A DNA stretch of 64,000 bases, taken from positions 239,936 to 303,935 of the forward strand of contig CBFDEM010000006.1 of NCBI GenBank assembly GCA_965603825.1, in the 5' to 3' direction. Source of the DNA: Blepharisma stoltei ATCC 30299. Taxonomy: Eukaryota > Protista > Ciliophora. Positions 11,430-25,160 of the stretch are shown piece after piece (position 1 is the stretch's first letter; each line of letters starts with the position of its first letter). The notes beneath the pieces are model-generated. The model did no database searches and was not told where the DNA came from. It saw only the letters and a program-made list of their open reading frames with translations. The position numbers and the translations under genes are program-made.

Positions 11430-11978
11430 ATGATAGAAGAAGCTTGGTATCAAGTTGGAGAAGAAGAATTATTGACTCCCAGTTGTACTAATAATTTATT
11501 TGAAATACAAATTCTGCCTAAGTCTAATGGAAAGCGAAAGCAAGACAATGTAAAGCCTCCTCAAAGCTATGAAACAGAAAATTGCAATGACTCTTCTACT
11601 GGCAAACCTTTAAGTCTTGTTTGCCCATCAAGCAGTTGTTTTTATGTATTAAATTCAATTGAAGAATTATCAACTCATGTCGCAACATTTCACAAATTTT
11701 CTTGCAACATTCCTAATTGCAGCTTTACAACTACATGCCTGTGCAAGCTTTCAGACCATATAAAGAAATCCCATCATAATTACAAAAAATTGCCAGTTGT
11801 CCCAGCATCAAGTATATCAAAGATGTGTCATGAATCTAAGCATAAAAATCCAGAGCTTCCTGCGAAAAGAAGTATCAACTTAGAGAGCCATGCAACGGAG
11901 ATACTGAATGGATATTTCTCTAACCAAATAAATGTGACTGACATAAATGATCCTTTAAGCTTAAAGAAGAGGAAATAA
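11430..11978 (+). CDS. C2H2 zinc-finger protein (two fingers)
   Basis: CPSSSC...LSTHVATFH and CNIPNC...LSDHIKKSH. Confidence 0.8.
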   Translation: MIEEAWYQVGEEELLTPSCTNNLFEIQILPKSNGKRKQDNVKPPQSYETENCNDSSTGKPLSLVCPSSSCFYVLNSIEELSTHVATFHKFSCNIPNCSFTTTCLCKLSDHIKKSHHNYKKLPVVPASSISKMCHESKHKNPELPAKRSINLESHATEILNGYFSNQINVTDINDPLSLKKRK

Positions 11979-12080
11979 TCTGTATTGTAATAATTTATTT
12001 TAAATTTCATATTTACAATTAATTGTAAGAATTTTTTCCATATTTATTTGTAGATTGATGGATATTTAAATATAGTTCTG

Positions 12081-12953
12081 ATGAGGAAAAATAAAGTGGC
12101 GAAGCTATTGGAAACTTATTTTGGCATTGAAGATAAATATCTGAGCTATTTAAAGATTGACAGGAATATGTATTTATTTGACAATGACCATCGGGTTTCA
12201 AAACTTATTACGTTTGATGTTGAAACACACAATGAACGAGAAGAGAATTTTAAAATTCCATGTCTTGGCCACGGAACATGCATAGTTTCTCTTCCAAATT
12301 GTAAAATATTTTGCTACGGAGGCTCAACCAGTAGAGTAAATAATTGAACATGCATAATAGACAGAAAAAGATTTCTCATTACGCAATTGTTGACTCCTGG
12401 AGCTCGCTCTAAATTTGCTGCAGGTATATATTTTGAAGGCCTCGTTTATATATTTGGAGGCGATGATACTAGCCACCGTGCAGAAAAATTTGATATTCTG
12501 CAAAATCGTTGATTTAGGCTTGCGAGTGTCCCAGCTTATTGTAGAGATTGCTCTTGTGCGTTATTTAAGAATTCAATATATCTTGCTTTAAATCGAGAAT
12601 CAAAAATATATCAATATGATATCTCATTAGATAGCTATGCTGATATTGAAGTTCCTAATAAGCCATTTGCAATTTCATGCTCAGAACAAAGAGGGTATAT
12701 TTTTGAGCATTATGGAGGGAGCATATGTGAAAGCGAAATTGATAATATGCATGCTTGGACTCCAATTGGAGTTTTTTCAGCTGTTTTTCATGATCAAGTC
12801 TTTACAAGATACTGAGAAAATGCAGTTTATATTGGATTGTATGCTTATGAATCTGACAAAATTACTATGGATTTTTACGTCTATAAATTTGACTTGAAGA
12901 GAAAAGGAGAGGCTTATAAAATAGCAAATTTAAACGGCATATCAATGCTTTAA
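12081..12953 (+). CDS. Kelch-repeat beta-propeller protein (290 aa)
   Basis: KIFCYGG and VYIFGG...AEKFDILQNRW; single frame with TGA=Trp; TAA at 12951. Confidence 0.8.
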
Positions 12954-13099
12954 AATTAAAAAATGTGTGATTTTAATTAATTATTTATTAATAATAACTT
13001 TTTAAAGGTGAAATATTTCAAAAATGTTTTTTTGATACAAATAAATGCTTAATTATTCTAATAAATTGGGGGGTTCATAAAGCTCTTTTAAGTATTTTA

Positions 13100-14740
13100 A
13101 TGGATTTATCATCGGGCGACACAGAATCAACAGCAAAATCTGAATCTCCTTCAATAAAGCCTGAGAAAACCACAGCAAGCAGTTATCCCCGCATACGGAG
13201 AGAATTTACATTAGAGGAAAAGAAAGACATAATTGAGCAATTTCATAGAAGTAAAATATCTATAACTAATCTAGCTAAGGTATATCACGTTCGTCGTCAA
13301 GCCGTTACAGAAATTCTAAAAGATAAAAACCAAATTCTTTATGCTAATGGCTATCCTGAATATTTTAATATTGATTTGCCAAAAAAAGAAAGTAGTTCTT
13401 ATCACCCTATTCTAGTGAAAGCTCTAAGCCTGTGGATAAATCAATGATACTCATACGGGCTGCCAATTAAATATAAATCAATTTCAGAAAAAGCTCAGTT
13501 TTTTTATGGAAAATTAGCAGGGGTAAATCCTCCAAAAAAAGATTTAATAGCAAGCCCTAATTGAGTTAGGCATTTTAAAGAAAGATACAACTTTAAGCAC
13601 ATCGGTAATGTTGACAAACCCTTTCAGCCAGATAAAGAATCAGCAGAGTGTTTTATTAAAAAGTTTAAAGAATTCATCTGGGACAAGGGGTACTCTCCTG
13701 AGCAAATATATAATTGTGACGAAATTAAGCTGAATTGAAGAAAAATTCCAAAAAAATTAATTTCAAATCCCCTGCAAAGGGAAATTAACTCTGAGCAAAT
13801 AAAAATACTTCTCTGCTGCAATGCTACAGGGACGCACAAATTGAGATTGCTAGTTGTGGGGAACGATCCAATAGAAGGAGATTTGCCTGCTATTTATGAA
13901 TTTAATAATCAGACAGCTATAACGAGTATCACATTTGAGAATTGAATTTATGATCATTTTATACCAGAAACTAAAGCTTTTCTAGCTGCTTCCAACCTGC
14001 CACAGCATGCTTTATTGCTATACGACTGCTCAATTGCTCATAATATGATAGATACTCCTCGCCACCATTATCTGCGTACAATGGCTTTTCCAATAAATTC
14101 AACTCATTCACTCCAACCATTATGTCAATCAATTATTCCTGCTTTCAAGTACATCTACAAGCTGCGCTTTTTACAAAAATTAATTGATAATTATACAGGA
14201 ACCAAGCAATCGGTTTTTGACTTTACAGAAATTTATGATCTAAGGGAATGTATGCATGCAATTAATGAGACTTGGCACGAAATTTCTGAAGATCTTATTA
14301 AGAATGACTGAAAAATCTTAGGGTTTCATATTGATTTCAAATATTCAGACCCCCAAAATGAATTAAATGAAATAATTTATAAATGCAGATACGCTTTAGA
14401 TTTGGATGAGCAAGAGCTGAAAGAGTTTTTAGAAGAAAATATATATCAGAACAATAATGAAAATTTGTTAAGTGATTTAGAAATTATGAAACAAGCCGTA
14501 GATGAAGAAGAAGCCAAAGAAATTGATACAAAACTGGCGAAAAATGGAATATGACGCGATGATACTATTAATTCCATAAAAGTGATGATAAAGTATGTTT
14601 TACAAGAAAATTTAGGAAGCGTGAGCTTTATTGATGAGGCTAAAAATATGCTAGATAAGCTAGAAAATAAATATAAAAATTACAAAGAACAAATTATAGC
14701 AGATAATGATGATCCTATTGCTAAGAAAGACGTCTCATAA
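13100..14740 (+). CDS. pogo/Tigger (CENP-B-like) transposase-derived protein, HTH + HTH_Tnp_Tc5 + DDE_1 (546 aa)
   Basis: RREFTLEEKKDII, ASPNWVRHFKERY, QIYNCDE, LLCCNATGTHKL, LLLYDCSIAH, LQPLCQSII.AFK..Y; one frame with TGA=Trp; no TIRs seen. Confidence 0.88.
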
Positions 14741-14858
14741 ATTATTGTTCTGTGTTTATTAATTTATCCTGCAAATTTTAATAAAGAATTTTTAAATTAA
14801 ATTGAAAGAAAATATTAAAATAATCATAATTAAAAAGCCAAATTTTATATGAAAAGCT

Positions 14859-16095
14859 TTAGTTAAGTAAAGTTAAGATGAAAGCCAATGCTGCACTTGC
14901 TCCCATAGCCACGGCGCTGCTGTCTGTGCTTGAAGAACCACTAGTTTTAATTGATATGCTTTGCAAAGCAGAGGTTGAGGAATAGTCAATACAATTTGGA
15001 GTTACTGGGTAATTGTCACAAGCAGTGAAATAGCAAATGTAGCTGGTTCCTGCACTCAAGCCAGAAACTGTTAATGCTTCGCTAGTAGCAGCAACGCTGG
15101 CTACTTTTCCTGATGGGACTTAGGATGAAGTTGCATCCAATCCATCTACTACTTGCCAAGCATAAGTAGTGCGACCGGTAAGGTCATTATTTGAGAATGA
15201 GGCATAAATATATCCAGCTGCTGAAGAAGTTGCAGTGAAAGTAGCAGATGCATCAGAGACAGTTCCCTTTGCTGGAGCAGTTGACCATGATGGCTTTGAT
15301 CCAGCTGTAATGGCTGATGGTGACCCAACAGCTGTAGTGGTCAATGATAATTGGCTTGTGAAATCAGATTTTGCTTGAGCTTGGTTGGTATTGAGATTAG
15401 AAATCATAAGGGAAGAAGTATAGGCTGGATATCTGTTATCAGAAAGAACGTTATAAGTAAATGTTGTAGTTGTAGAGGCGTCATCCAGTCTTCTTCTTGT
15501 TGAGCTTACATAAGTAAGCCATGAAGGGTTTCACACCCATATTCTTTGCCAATACTTTTGCAATGCTGCTGCTTTGAGTGCTAGGAACAGTCCCTGAGAA
15601 GCTTACAGATGTAGTATAGAGTTGGCCTGCAGAATCTGTAATGAAATTATAAGTCTTGAGCTGGTAAGCAGCAGTGTCATTGGTTAATCTTGTTGCAATG
15701 TAAGCTTGTCCCTGCCATAAGCCAATTCAAGCTAATTGTGGTGCCTGTAGTCTGAATGGCCTGAGACAAAGCCCAATAGTCGCTGCAATGCTCAGTATGA
15801 ATTCTTTTGAAGAAAAAATTAATATCAGTGTCACCTTTAGTTGTGTCAATGTTAGTCTCTGTATGCTGATATTGATAAGCTAATTGCTCCTGAAGTGTCT
15901 GAATAGTGCTAGATGGAGTAACAAGATCAGAAACCAAAGAATACAAGCTATTAAATGTAAGAATAGGAGAACCTTGGCATCCAACTCCCCAATATAAAAC
16001 TCCAGCTATCGAGGCTGTGACTCCAACTTTGACTTCAAATGGGCTTACTTTGGTAATTGGCAAACCTGGAGTTGTGAAGGATATCTGTTGTCAGC
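14859..16095 (-). pseudogene. 5'-truncated pseudogene of the giant Ser/Thr-rich surface protein family (C-terminal ~400 aa)
   Basis: High similarity to 34751-36000; in-frame TAA at 15120 and frameshifts near 15530 and 15705. Confidence 0.85.
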
Positions 16096-16789
16096 AATAG
16101 TGTTGATTGTAAACATCGTAATTTTAGAGGCATAGCCAAGGGTCTTTTTTGATAAACTTATAAATGTTGGCAATGAGGAGTTTGCACTCATAGCAAATAA
16201 ATCTTGAGCTTCTTAAAAGACAGGCTGACTCTTTTAGCCTTCAGTTAGTTTTGCGACGATATTGGTAAGAGTTCACGTAAAAAATATATCCAAGACAAAG
16301 TCAATTCAGATAAGAACTAATTTTAAAATACGCTATTTTCAATTAAAATTGTCAGTGCCTATATGCTGATATTGGATGCTAATTGTTACTGAAGCGCTTG
16401 AATTGAGTAAGATGTAGATAAAAGATAAGAAACCAAAACTGATGGCCCATCAAAATAAGAATATGAGAGTCTTGGTATCCAAGATTCCAATGCAAAACTC
16501 GAGCAATTGAAATTGCCGCCTTAATCTTGTACCCAGAAGTAATAACTTTTTCGCCTAGAAGAGCTGAAGAATGGTAGGATAAGTCGTCAAAAAAGTAGCC
16601 GTCAAATATTTTTGTTGACTGAAAGCTGAAAATCAGTTTCGATTAAAGGGATGAAAGAGTAATTAATGTAGTAAATCTTTTCCTACTTTTTTGTTTTAGC
16701 ATACTCTCATTCTTTAATTTCGTAGCCAAATTAATTTTAAAATAGGAGCTATTTTTATAGCATTCCTCCAATAATTATAAAATAAATTA

Positions 16790-17342
16790 TTATCTATTAA
16801 TACTTATATTTTTGCTGCTATCATAATATTCTAAAATCTGCTTCTGCACTTGCTCATTAGAAGATGCCATTAGCTCATCCAATTGGATTAGCTTGTTGTA
16901 AATATCATTATCGACCAAATTTTCAAAAACTTTGAATTTTTCTTCCTCATGTAATTTGGATTTATATTTTTTATGCTGTTCAACTCTCTTTTTACAAGAG
17001 TGTTCGATTTTTTTGATCACGTTTTTTTCATACTCTAAAGCAGAATCAATCTAAAATAATGTTTACATTTATGGTTCAATTTCCATCTGAAACCTCATTA
17101 AAAATCTGCTTCTTATATATTAAAGTTGAAATAACTAGAGTTTCAATGCTCTTTTCTTTATATTTTCTTGATGAAATATCTCTAAGCTTATTTTTATGGT
17201 AGTCTATATATGCTATCAACTCAACCAAAGTAACTTGCCCACGACTTCTAATAAATTCTATTATTCTACCTTCAATTGTGCTATAAAATCGATAAATAGA
17301 ATCATCCTCTGCCAATTTTGAAAATTTTGCTTCTGAATCCAT
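16790..17342 (-). CDS. Winged-helix-like + coiled-coil protein, subfamily X (X1); 16-nt intron 17051-17066
   Basis: YSTIEGRIIEFIRSRG..TL.ELI...F.E...GNW(TGA), intron GTAAACATTATTTTAG, then ALEYE..KL.QLDELM.SSN. Confidence 0.75.
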
Positions 17343-17476
17343 TTAAAATTATTGTTTATAGAAATTAATTATAAAAATTTAACTAAACTAAATTGATGCG
17401 TTTGCCTCGATAGTAACAAAAATCTAAAACCCCAAATTTTAAAAGATTGAAGATCCAAAAATTTAAGAAAAAGATT

Positions 17477-19955
17477 TAGCTAACTAAAATTAAGATGAGA
17501 GCAAAAATTGCACTTGCTATCATCTTAGCTGCTCTGCTGCTCCCTAAGCTCGAAGATCCGGCCTTCTTAATTGATATAATTGGCAAAGGAGTAGTTGATG
17601 TATAGTCTATACAAGAAGGAACTACTGGGTAGTTATTGCAGGCATGAAGTAACAAACATATGAAATCCCTGCTTTCAAACGAACTCTTTTTTAAAATACA
17701 ATTTTGTATGTGTTAAAAATATCCAAAAGCATCAAAAATTGACCAACTTTTATAATACAAAGTTTTTATGTCGGCAGGATAAAACTGAAAGAGTGAGAGA
17801 TACGCTAGTGGTAGCAATGCTACCTATGCTTGCACAAGGCAAATAATCAGGAGTGGCATTTAATCCCTCTACAATTCCCAAGCATATGCAATGTGGCTTG
17901 CAAGATCATTATTTGAGTATTGAGTCGTAAATATTTCTGGCTACAGAAGAAGTTGCAGTGAAAGCTGGCGAAATATTAGCAAAAGCACTATTTGCTGGGG
18001 CATTTATCAAAGCTGGAGTTGTTTCAGTTGAAATAGCTGTGATGATCCCAAGTTTGAAGCAGTTAATGAGTATTGGGAAGTGAAGTCAGATTTTGCTTTG
18101 GCTTGATTATTATTTAGGCTGGAAAACTTAAATAAAAAAATAGAGTGGATATCTGCTATCAGAAAGAACATTATAATTAAACGTTGCTATAGTCGAAGAA
18201 CTTACCCAATATTCTCCTTGATGAACCGACGTAAATCAGTCATGAAAGATTAACGCCTATATTTTTGCTAAAACTTTAGCAATGCTTGTGTTAGAAATTG
18301 AAGTGACAGAACTTGTGAATGTGACTAGGTAGAATAATATTGTTTAGATTTATTAGTAGTAAAGTTATTGATACTAAGAGGATAAGCGCCAACATTATTA
18401 GTCAATCTTGCTGCAATATATTCAGAAAACTCTAGCTGGCTCCCCGCTATGAATAATTTGAGATCAAGAGTTGCTCCTGCAGTAGTGATGACCTGAGACG
18501 AAGCCCAACAGAGCTCAGAATGAATTCTTCCGAAAAAGGAATTGATACCAATATTGCCTTTTCTAGTATAGATATCAGCTTCTGTAGGCCGATATTAATA
18601 AGCCAATTGCTCATGAAGAGTTTGAATAGACTTAGGCTGCACCAAAAGATCAGAAACCAAAGCTGAGAGCCCTGAAAGGAGAACCTCAGCATCTAAGACC
18701 CAATATAAGACTCAAGCGACGGAAGTGGTTGCAAAAACTTTGACTTCTTTTGTGACTGAGAATGCAAGAGTAGCTGTAATGACAGAAGAATAAGTTAAGG
18801 ATACAGTAGCTACCATCTTGCTAGCAGGATCAGTACCTGAAAAGGCAAAGAAAGAGTTGGATATGTTATGGAAGCCTTATAAGATGAGCCAACTTGAACC
18901 TGGAAATAAAGCTCATTTACATTAGGGCCAAAGGTAAGAGAAGCGGGGTGACCGTGATTCCTGCAACTGAAAATGTATGGATGGCTATCAATTGAGAAAT
19001 AGGAGAGTTAGCTGGCTTTGCTTTGATTGGAAGACTAGTTTAGTATTGATAGAGGGTAGGCAAATCGTCGACAGAAATAGATATAGCAGATAGTGTGCTG
19101 CAAAATTCTATCATCATGCTTGCTGGAGCGCTATATAAAGCACTAGAAACTCTATCTTGATTTTTAGAAAGTGTTCCCCAATCAATATATCTATTTTTTA
19201 TTAAATTAAATCTGCAATACTATTAGTCTCTAATATAAATAAGCAATCCTATTAGTCATTTTTTATTAATTACTGTATTCCATGTTAATAAATAGCTGAT
19301 GCTATGCCAATTGTTGCGATAACCTAATAGAAATTTGAGAATTCATCTGATAAGCGGTGAGACTATAAAGGCCGATGTTACCGCTATCAGGGTGATTTGT
19401 CTTAGAAGTTGGAGATAGCTTAAATGATTTTGATTTCATAGGTCATTTGCTGCTATCACTAGGAGAGATGGTAATGTCTGAACTTTGCTGCTCAGGTAGT
19501 AGCTTAACGCTTGATGGCTGAAGCTGCTGCTGGCTTTTATAGAGCCGAGTCGAAAGTGTGCCCTATATATGCTGAGTTGAGGAGACCTTAATTTTTTGCG
19601 TATTCTTGGGCTTTATGGCGAATTTTTACTATAGATTGAATTTGCTGAAGCTGGAACTTGAATAATCAGCCACATCCCATCCATTAGTTCTTCAAGCCTG
19701 CTCAGTGTTATAGAAACCTGGCAATAGAGCTTGAATTCTGGATGAAGTTTGAGTTGCGGAGGTTAGTTAGCCTGAAAAACTAAGAGAGTCAGTATTTTTA
19801 GAAATAGATCATGAGGTAGCTGAAGGCTGAACTTGTAGTTGTCTTGTAGATGAGAATTCTTCGTTTAATAAACAGACTTTGCAAGCCGCTTTACTTTCAT
19901 TTCTTAAATTATTGTTTAATTGTTGAGGGAATAATATTGAAATGGTGCGGTTTGT
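17477..19955 (-). pseudogene. Heavily decayed copy of the giant surface-protein gene (C-terminal ~800 codons)
   Basis: Recognisable blocks equivalent to WPMKSK, IDWG, LTFGP, MGVNPSW and ACNNYPV, with many stops and indels. Confidence 0.8.
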
Positions 19956-20319
19956 AGTAATATATCATTTAAATGGCATGCTGAATCAATTAATATTGCT
20001 AATTCTTACAATTAAGCCTTTTCAGGCCAGTGATCTTTTAACTAAGGCTTGAGCAATTAAAGCTTAATTAAAAACTATAGATTTTAAAACAAATAAACTT
20101 TAATTTAAGTTTTGAGATCGAATGGATTCTTCCTTCCAAGCCAAAATGGCAAGGAGAAGATTATATTTTATCATTTTAGAGTTGTTGCAAAGAGATGGAT
20201 ATCTCAAGAATAACCTCAGTGATTTGGAGTTTAATTTTTATAATAATTCAAATTGAGTTGGAAGCATTCTGAACATAACTAAGAATAGGTTTAAAGTCCT
20301 AATCTTAATAAAAGACCTA

Positions 20320-20570
20320 TTATAAAAATAAATGTAACATACAAAATTAAAAAAACTTAAAATCTAATCTAATATCAAATTAGAAATGAAAAGCAATACT
20401 AACGCTAAAATTAAGAATGAGTATTAAGGAGAGACTAAATAACTTAGTAGGAGTACTTTATAAAATTTTAAAAAATGTAACCTACAAAAATAAAAAAATT
20501 TAAACCTAATTTAAGACCAAATTAGTAATTGAAATTAAGGTCAAACCTAAAATTAAGAATTAAGAATGGG
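20320..20570. repeat. Degenerate ~140-bp tandem duplication
   Basis: aaatgtaac.tacaaaa.taaaaaaa.ttaaa.ctaat...caaattag...ctaaaattaagaat occurs twice. Confidence 0.6.
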
Positions 20571-20697
20571 TGAGGCAATTTAGCTTTGCATACTTTAAAA
20601 AAATATAAAATAAGTGTAGAAAAAATCTAATATTCATTGAGTTCACAACTATATATTTGTTTTGTGAACAAAGCCTGAGTAATGAAGAAATTAAAGA

Positions 20698-21423
20698 TTA
20701 TGGATTTACGCCTTTTAACGAAAGATATGCAGACCTTATGGTCATTTTGATATGCTCAGCAGCTTTCTTATCGTCTGAAATTAGAATCTGATATGTCTTG
20801 GTTAATATAGAAGGCCTATTTGTGCCAGTTCTTAGATCATCTTCAATCTGCTCTCTTATTCTCTGCATTCTTGCAAGCTTTTCCATTCTCTTCTCTGCCT
20901 TTTCTTTGTACTTGAGTCTAGTTTTTTCAGAAATCGTCGCTTTAGCTAAGTTATACTTTTTTTCATAATTCATTGCTTGATTTTCCTAATTCTTAATTAC
21001 ATTCAAGTAACAGTGGAAATTGTCATTCAATAAGAAGAGCTTCGGATAACAACTTAGAACATAATCTACTATTTTGAAAGCATCTTTTTTATATTTCCCA
21101 TTCGCTGATGTGACAAGGGAATGCTCTTTGGATTTTACATGCCTTATTATATTTTCAATAGGAGAGGGACTGTTTTTTCTTAGGAAATGAATTACACACC
21201 CAATCGCAGTCTTTTTGAACTTTATTGATCTATTTTCTCCTTTCATAAATTTGTTTTCATAGTTTTGAAGACTACATATCCTTAAGAGGCTTTGGCTGTC
21301 AGATACTGTCTGACTGCCTTCAGAGCAGCTGATATCTGCTATTTCCGTTCCTTCTGACCCACATCATATTCACTCTTTCTGGCTTTCGTTCTCAAAATCA
21401 CTATCGGTTACATTTTTCACCAT
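20698..21423 (-). CDS. Winged-helix-like + coiled-coil protein, subfamily Y (Y1); 15-nt intron 20986-21000
   Basis: KTAIGCVIHFLRKNSPSPIENII.HVKS...YPKLFLLND; intron GTAATTAAGAATTAG joins ORFs 20986-21246 and 20698-20973. Confidence 0.78.
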
Positions 21424-21523
21424 TTTAGAAAATATTTACTACAGCTTAAAATGCTAGTGAAAATAGCTATATATTATGCTAGACTATTCCCTAATTTTTA
21501 CACCTAAAGCATTGATATATTAA

Positions 21524-22063
21524 TTAATCTTCATATAATGCCAGAATATTTTTCTGGATATTTTGATTAGACGAACTCATGATTTCATCCAATTGCTCAA
21601 GTTTGTTATAGATTTCATCGCTAACAAAGTTTCCAAAAATATCGAATTTCTCTTCTTCTTTCATTCTAATCTCAGAAATTTTTTTTCATTCAGCCCTTGC
21701 TTTGTTGCTCCTTTTTCGTATTTCTTCTATTTCTTTGATTTTTTGCTGTTCATACTCTAAAGAGGCGTTAGACTAAGTTAGAATTACATCAATTGTTCAA
21801 ACTCCGCTAGTGCTTTCTTTAAATATCTTTCTATTAGAAGTCAACTTTGCTATAGCCAATTCTCCAATGCACTTCACTTTATACTTTCTGGAGTAAACAT
21901 TCCTAAGCCCTTTTTTCCTAAGGTCCATAAATTCTAATAGATCACTCAATTTTACTTGGCTGTGGGTTTTAATGTATTCAATCATCACACCTTCAATTGT
22001 AGTATAATATCGGGAAAGAGAATCACTTTTGGATGATTTTGAAACACCAATATTTAAATCCAT
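21524..22063 (-). CDS. Subfamily X protein (X2); 15-nt intron 21773-21787
   Basis: Paralogue of 16790-17342; open frame after splicing with TGA=Trp. Confidence 0.75.
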
Positions 22064-22983
22064 AAAAAATTATCTAAGCATATTTTCATCAAATCAAATT
22101 AAAAAATACTTATGAAATTAAAATTTCTGCGTCTAAAAAGAAGATTTAGAAGAAATTTTACTTTTAAATTCTTGAATTTTGTTTCTATTTTAATTTTGAA
22201 GCTAATAAAATTCATGTTTAATGTACTTCCTGAGTAATTTATTAATGCTTTTGATTGTTTTAGAGCCTTAATGCCATATAGATTCAAGCTGGGTTTACGT
22301 ATCTCAACTCTAGGACGAGGAATAAATCTTAGGCTGAATTAAAGCTAAAAATTCCAGTTATTTTATAATTTGACTAGGTCATGATTATATCTTATTTTTT
22401 ATATAAAAGATACTAACTGTTACATTAATTTAGAATACATTAGATAAAAATGGTTATGAAATAAAAAAATCTTTTTGGACAAAGTTCAATATTTTATTAT
22501 AGTTGAAAAAAACTCTTCAATTCTTTAAAATTGAATCTATTGTCAGTTCATTACTAAAACTTCAACAAAAACAAAATTTCAAATTTTATTCAATTTTATT
22601 TTATTTTATTTAAAGTTAACTTTTTATTAAATTTAATATTAGATTTATTGAGCTAATAAAAATTCAAAACAATTACTTAATTAATTTATCAAATAAATTA
22701 AAATAAAATTTTATGCTAAAAGAACTAATTTAAATAAAAAACCTTATGAAATATTACGATAGCTCAGTAATTTTATCAACCAAAAAATAAAGGTTAAATT
22801 AGTTGACTCTCTTTGCTTTTTCCTTTAGCATTGAATCATAAATTTAAAAATAATAATTTATTATACATCTATTCACTAAGGATTTAACTAAAATAGTAAC
22901 TAAATGATTATATTTATGAAAATTGGATAGCATAAGAAGTTTAATAAGCGTCTCTTAAATAGTAAAAAATCTAAATAAGGAAA

Positions 22984-23065
22984 AGTTACTGCGCCAGGAG
23001 AGGTAATTTATACCCGAAGGCATTAAATTTGGAATCCAAGCGAAGTATCCCCTTAGCATTGAACT
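22984..23065 (-). ncRNA. Novel ~80-nt structured RNA family, copy D
   Basis: AGUUCAAUGCUAAGGGGAUACUUCGCUUGGAUUCCAAAUUUAAUGCCUUCGGGUAUAAAUUACCUCUCCUGGCGCAGUAACU, ending in a T4 run (22981-22984). Confidence 0.8.
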
Positions 23066-23457
23066 ATCAATAATTTTTCAAAGACATTTATAAACCTTTA
23101 TATTTTTCTATTATTTTTTTAAGGGACATATTGATGATTTCTTTTTAAAGACGATTAAATTCAAAGTCTAAATTTTGATAAAACGATCTAATAATCAGAT
23201 TTAGAGAGATATTATTATTCAACTTAGATTCAAAGTTTATTATTCTGATTTTTATAAAAGATTTACTATTTTAAACTGAATTGTAATAGAGAACTCTAGC
23301 AATAGCAATAGTAGACTATTATCTCCTTTAAGTCCTTTGATATAGCTTGCTAAAGTAAAAGATTGACCTACAGAAGAGCAGCTAAGGCTTGAAAGAAATG
23401 TCCACAGTTTATTAGGGATAATTTAAAAGACACATGCTTTCATAGACTAAGAATTTT

Positions 23458-24099
23458 TTAAGAATCATTTTTAGAGTTAATTCCCTTAAATGAAAGATAA
23501 GATGATCTTATCATCATTTTAAGATCATCAGCCACCTGCTTGTTTCCTGAAACCATAACCAAATAAGTTTTGGTTATTAGTGAAGGATCAGTTGTATTGC
23601 TCATTAAATCTTCTTCAATCTGCCTTTTTATCTTCTGCATTTTTGCAATTTTTTCCCTTCTCTTTTTATTTTTTTCATTGTTTTTTATTTTACTCCTTTC
23701 TAGGTATACGCTATTAGCAAGCTTGTACTTGGTTTCATACTTTTGAGCTTCCTCTTCCTAATTTTAAATTACGTTTAAGTAGTAGTGAAAGCGATCATTT
23801 AATAAGAAAAGCTTTGGGTACCAAGACAGTGCATAATCTACAATTTTAAAGGCACCCTTTTTGTATTTTCCTTTTGTTGAGGTGACAAGGGTGTGCTCTT
23901 TGGACTTCACATGCTCTATTATACTTTCTATTGGAGATGGGCTGTGCTTCCTTAGGAAATTGATAATACATCCAACTGCAGTGTTCTTAAGCTTTATGAG
24001 CCGATCATTACCACTTTCTTGGCAATATGGATTTTCTAGCATGCTAGGGCTTCTACTGGATGATACGTTCTCAAACTGGCTTATAATATTCTTCACCAT
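23458..24099 (-). CDS. Subfamily Y protein (Y2); 15-nt intron 23758-23772
   Basis: Paralogue of Y1 with the same intron position. Confidence 0.78.
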
Positions 24100-25160
24100 C
24101 TTTTAAATTATCTACATAAGTCAGACAATCGTAAATAAAATGGTAAAACCCTATTTAAAAAATTTAAAAATTTTTGGCTATTTAATGCCATTTGATTATT
24201 TCTCTTAACTCTTTTAATCTAAATTTGCTTTCAGACTTTGAATGGACTTTTGCGACTTATATTTATTAGCCAGGCTACTCATGGCTTCATTATTTATATT
24301 TGCTTGGCTTTTTGCAATGCTTGTTTTAATACACTATGATATCAATAATTTTTTGCATTGGTATCAATATAGCGCATTTATCAATAGATTTTGCTAGCTT
24401 TTTGTCATCAATCTCAGAAGTAGCATCAAATAAAAGAACGTTTGATAAGCTCAAAAGGAGTTAATAAGTTGCAATATTCGTAGCTAAAGACGAAGAGTGC
24501 AGCTTTCAGAGTTTTTCTAAGGACCAATAAGCCTTAAGTCTTTATCTCTGATCGACTTCTTTCTTTATTCAGCAACTGCAAAAAGAAGCTAATTTCTGAA
24601 TTTGAATTTTGATGGCAACATTGAAGGCATTACTGAATAAAAATTAATTATTCCATATTATTTTTTTATATAATGGAATTAGGAATTTTACTTTCCCTGT
24701 TTCATATATGAAAAATTAGTTTATTTTTCCCAAAAGCAATTCTTTCGTGGCTTTTAGTTGATAATTTTTATTAAATAATGAATTGCGAATTATAAATCCA
24801 AAATAAAATTTTTAATCGCTTGTTCAATAGTTTCAACTATCATTTATTAAGCTTCTTGGCACTGATTTTAATTGCCTTACTCGCCTCTCGTTTGCTTTTT
24901 ATAGAAAGCTTGTGGCAAGGAAGAAATATAAGCTCTCACTAAATAAAGGGAATCCTTTTATTCCCATTTAATACTCCCTGCTAATAATCTTGACAATTCT
25001 TATTTGCTCTCTGCAAGCTCTTGGATCTCGTATTATCTCTCTTTCTTTTGACTTTAAGGTTTGCTTTTGCCATTTTAATTTTATCTACAATAGCCAAATA
25101 ATCGTAACAAAAATAATAATTCGTTATAATTTTTTTATATTAAGAAATAAGCTGATTTAA

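Noticed and set aside
17677-17785. Second ~100-bp insertion in the decayed giant-gene copy as an IES
   Set aside because: Boundaries could not be placed on TA repeats with confidence.
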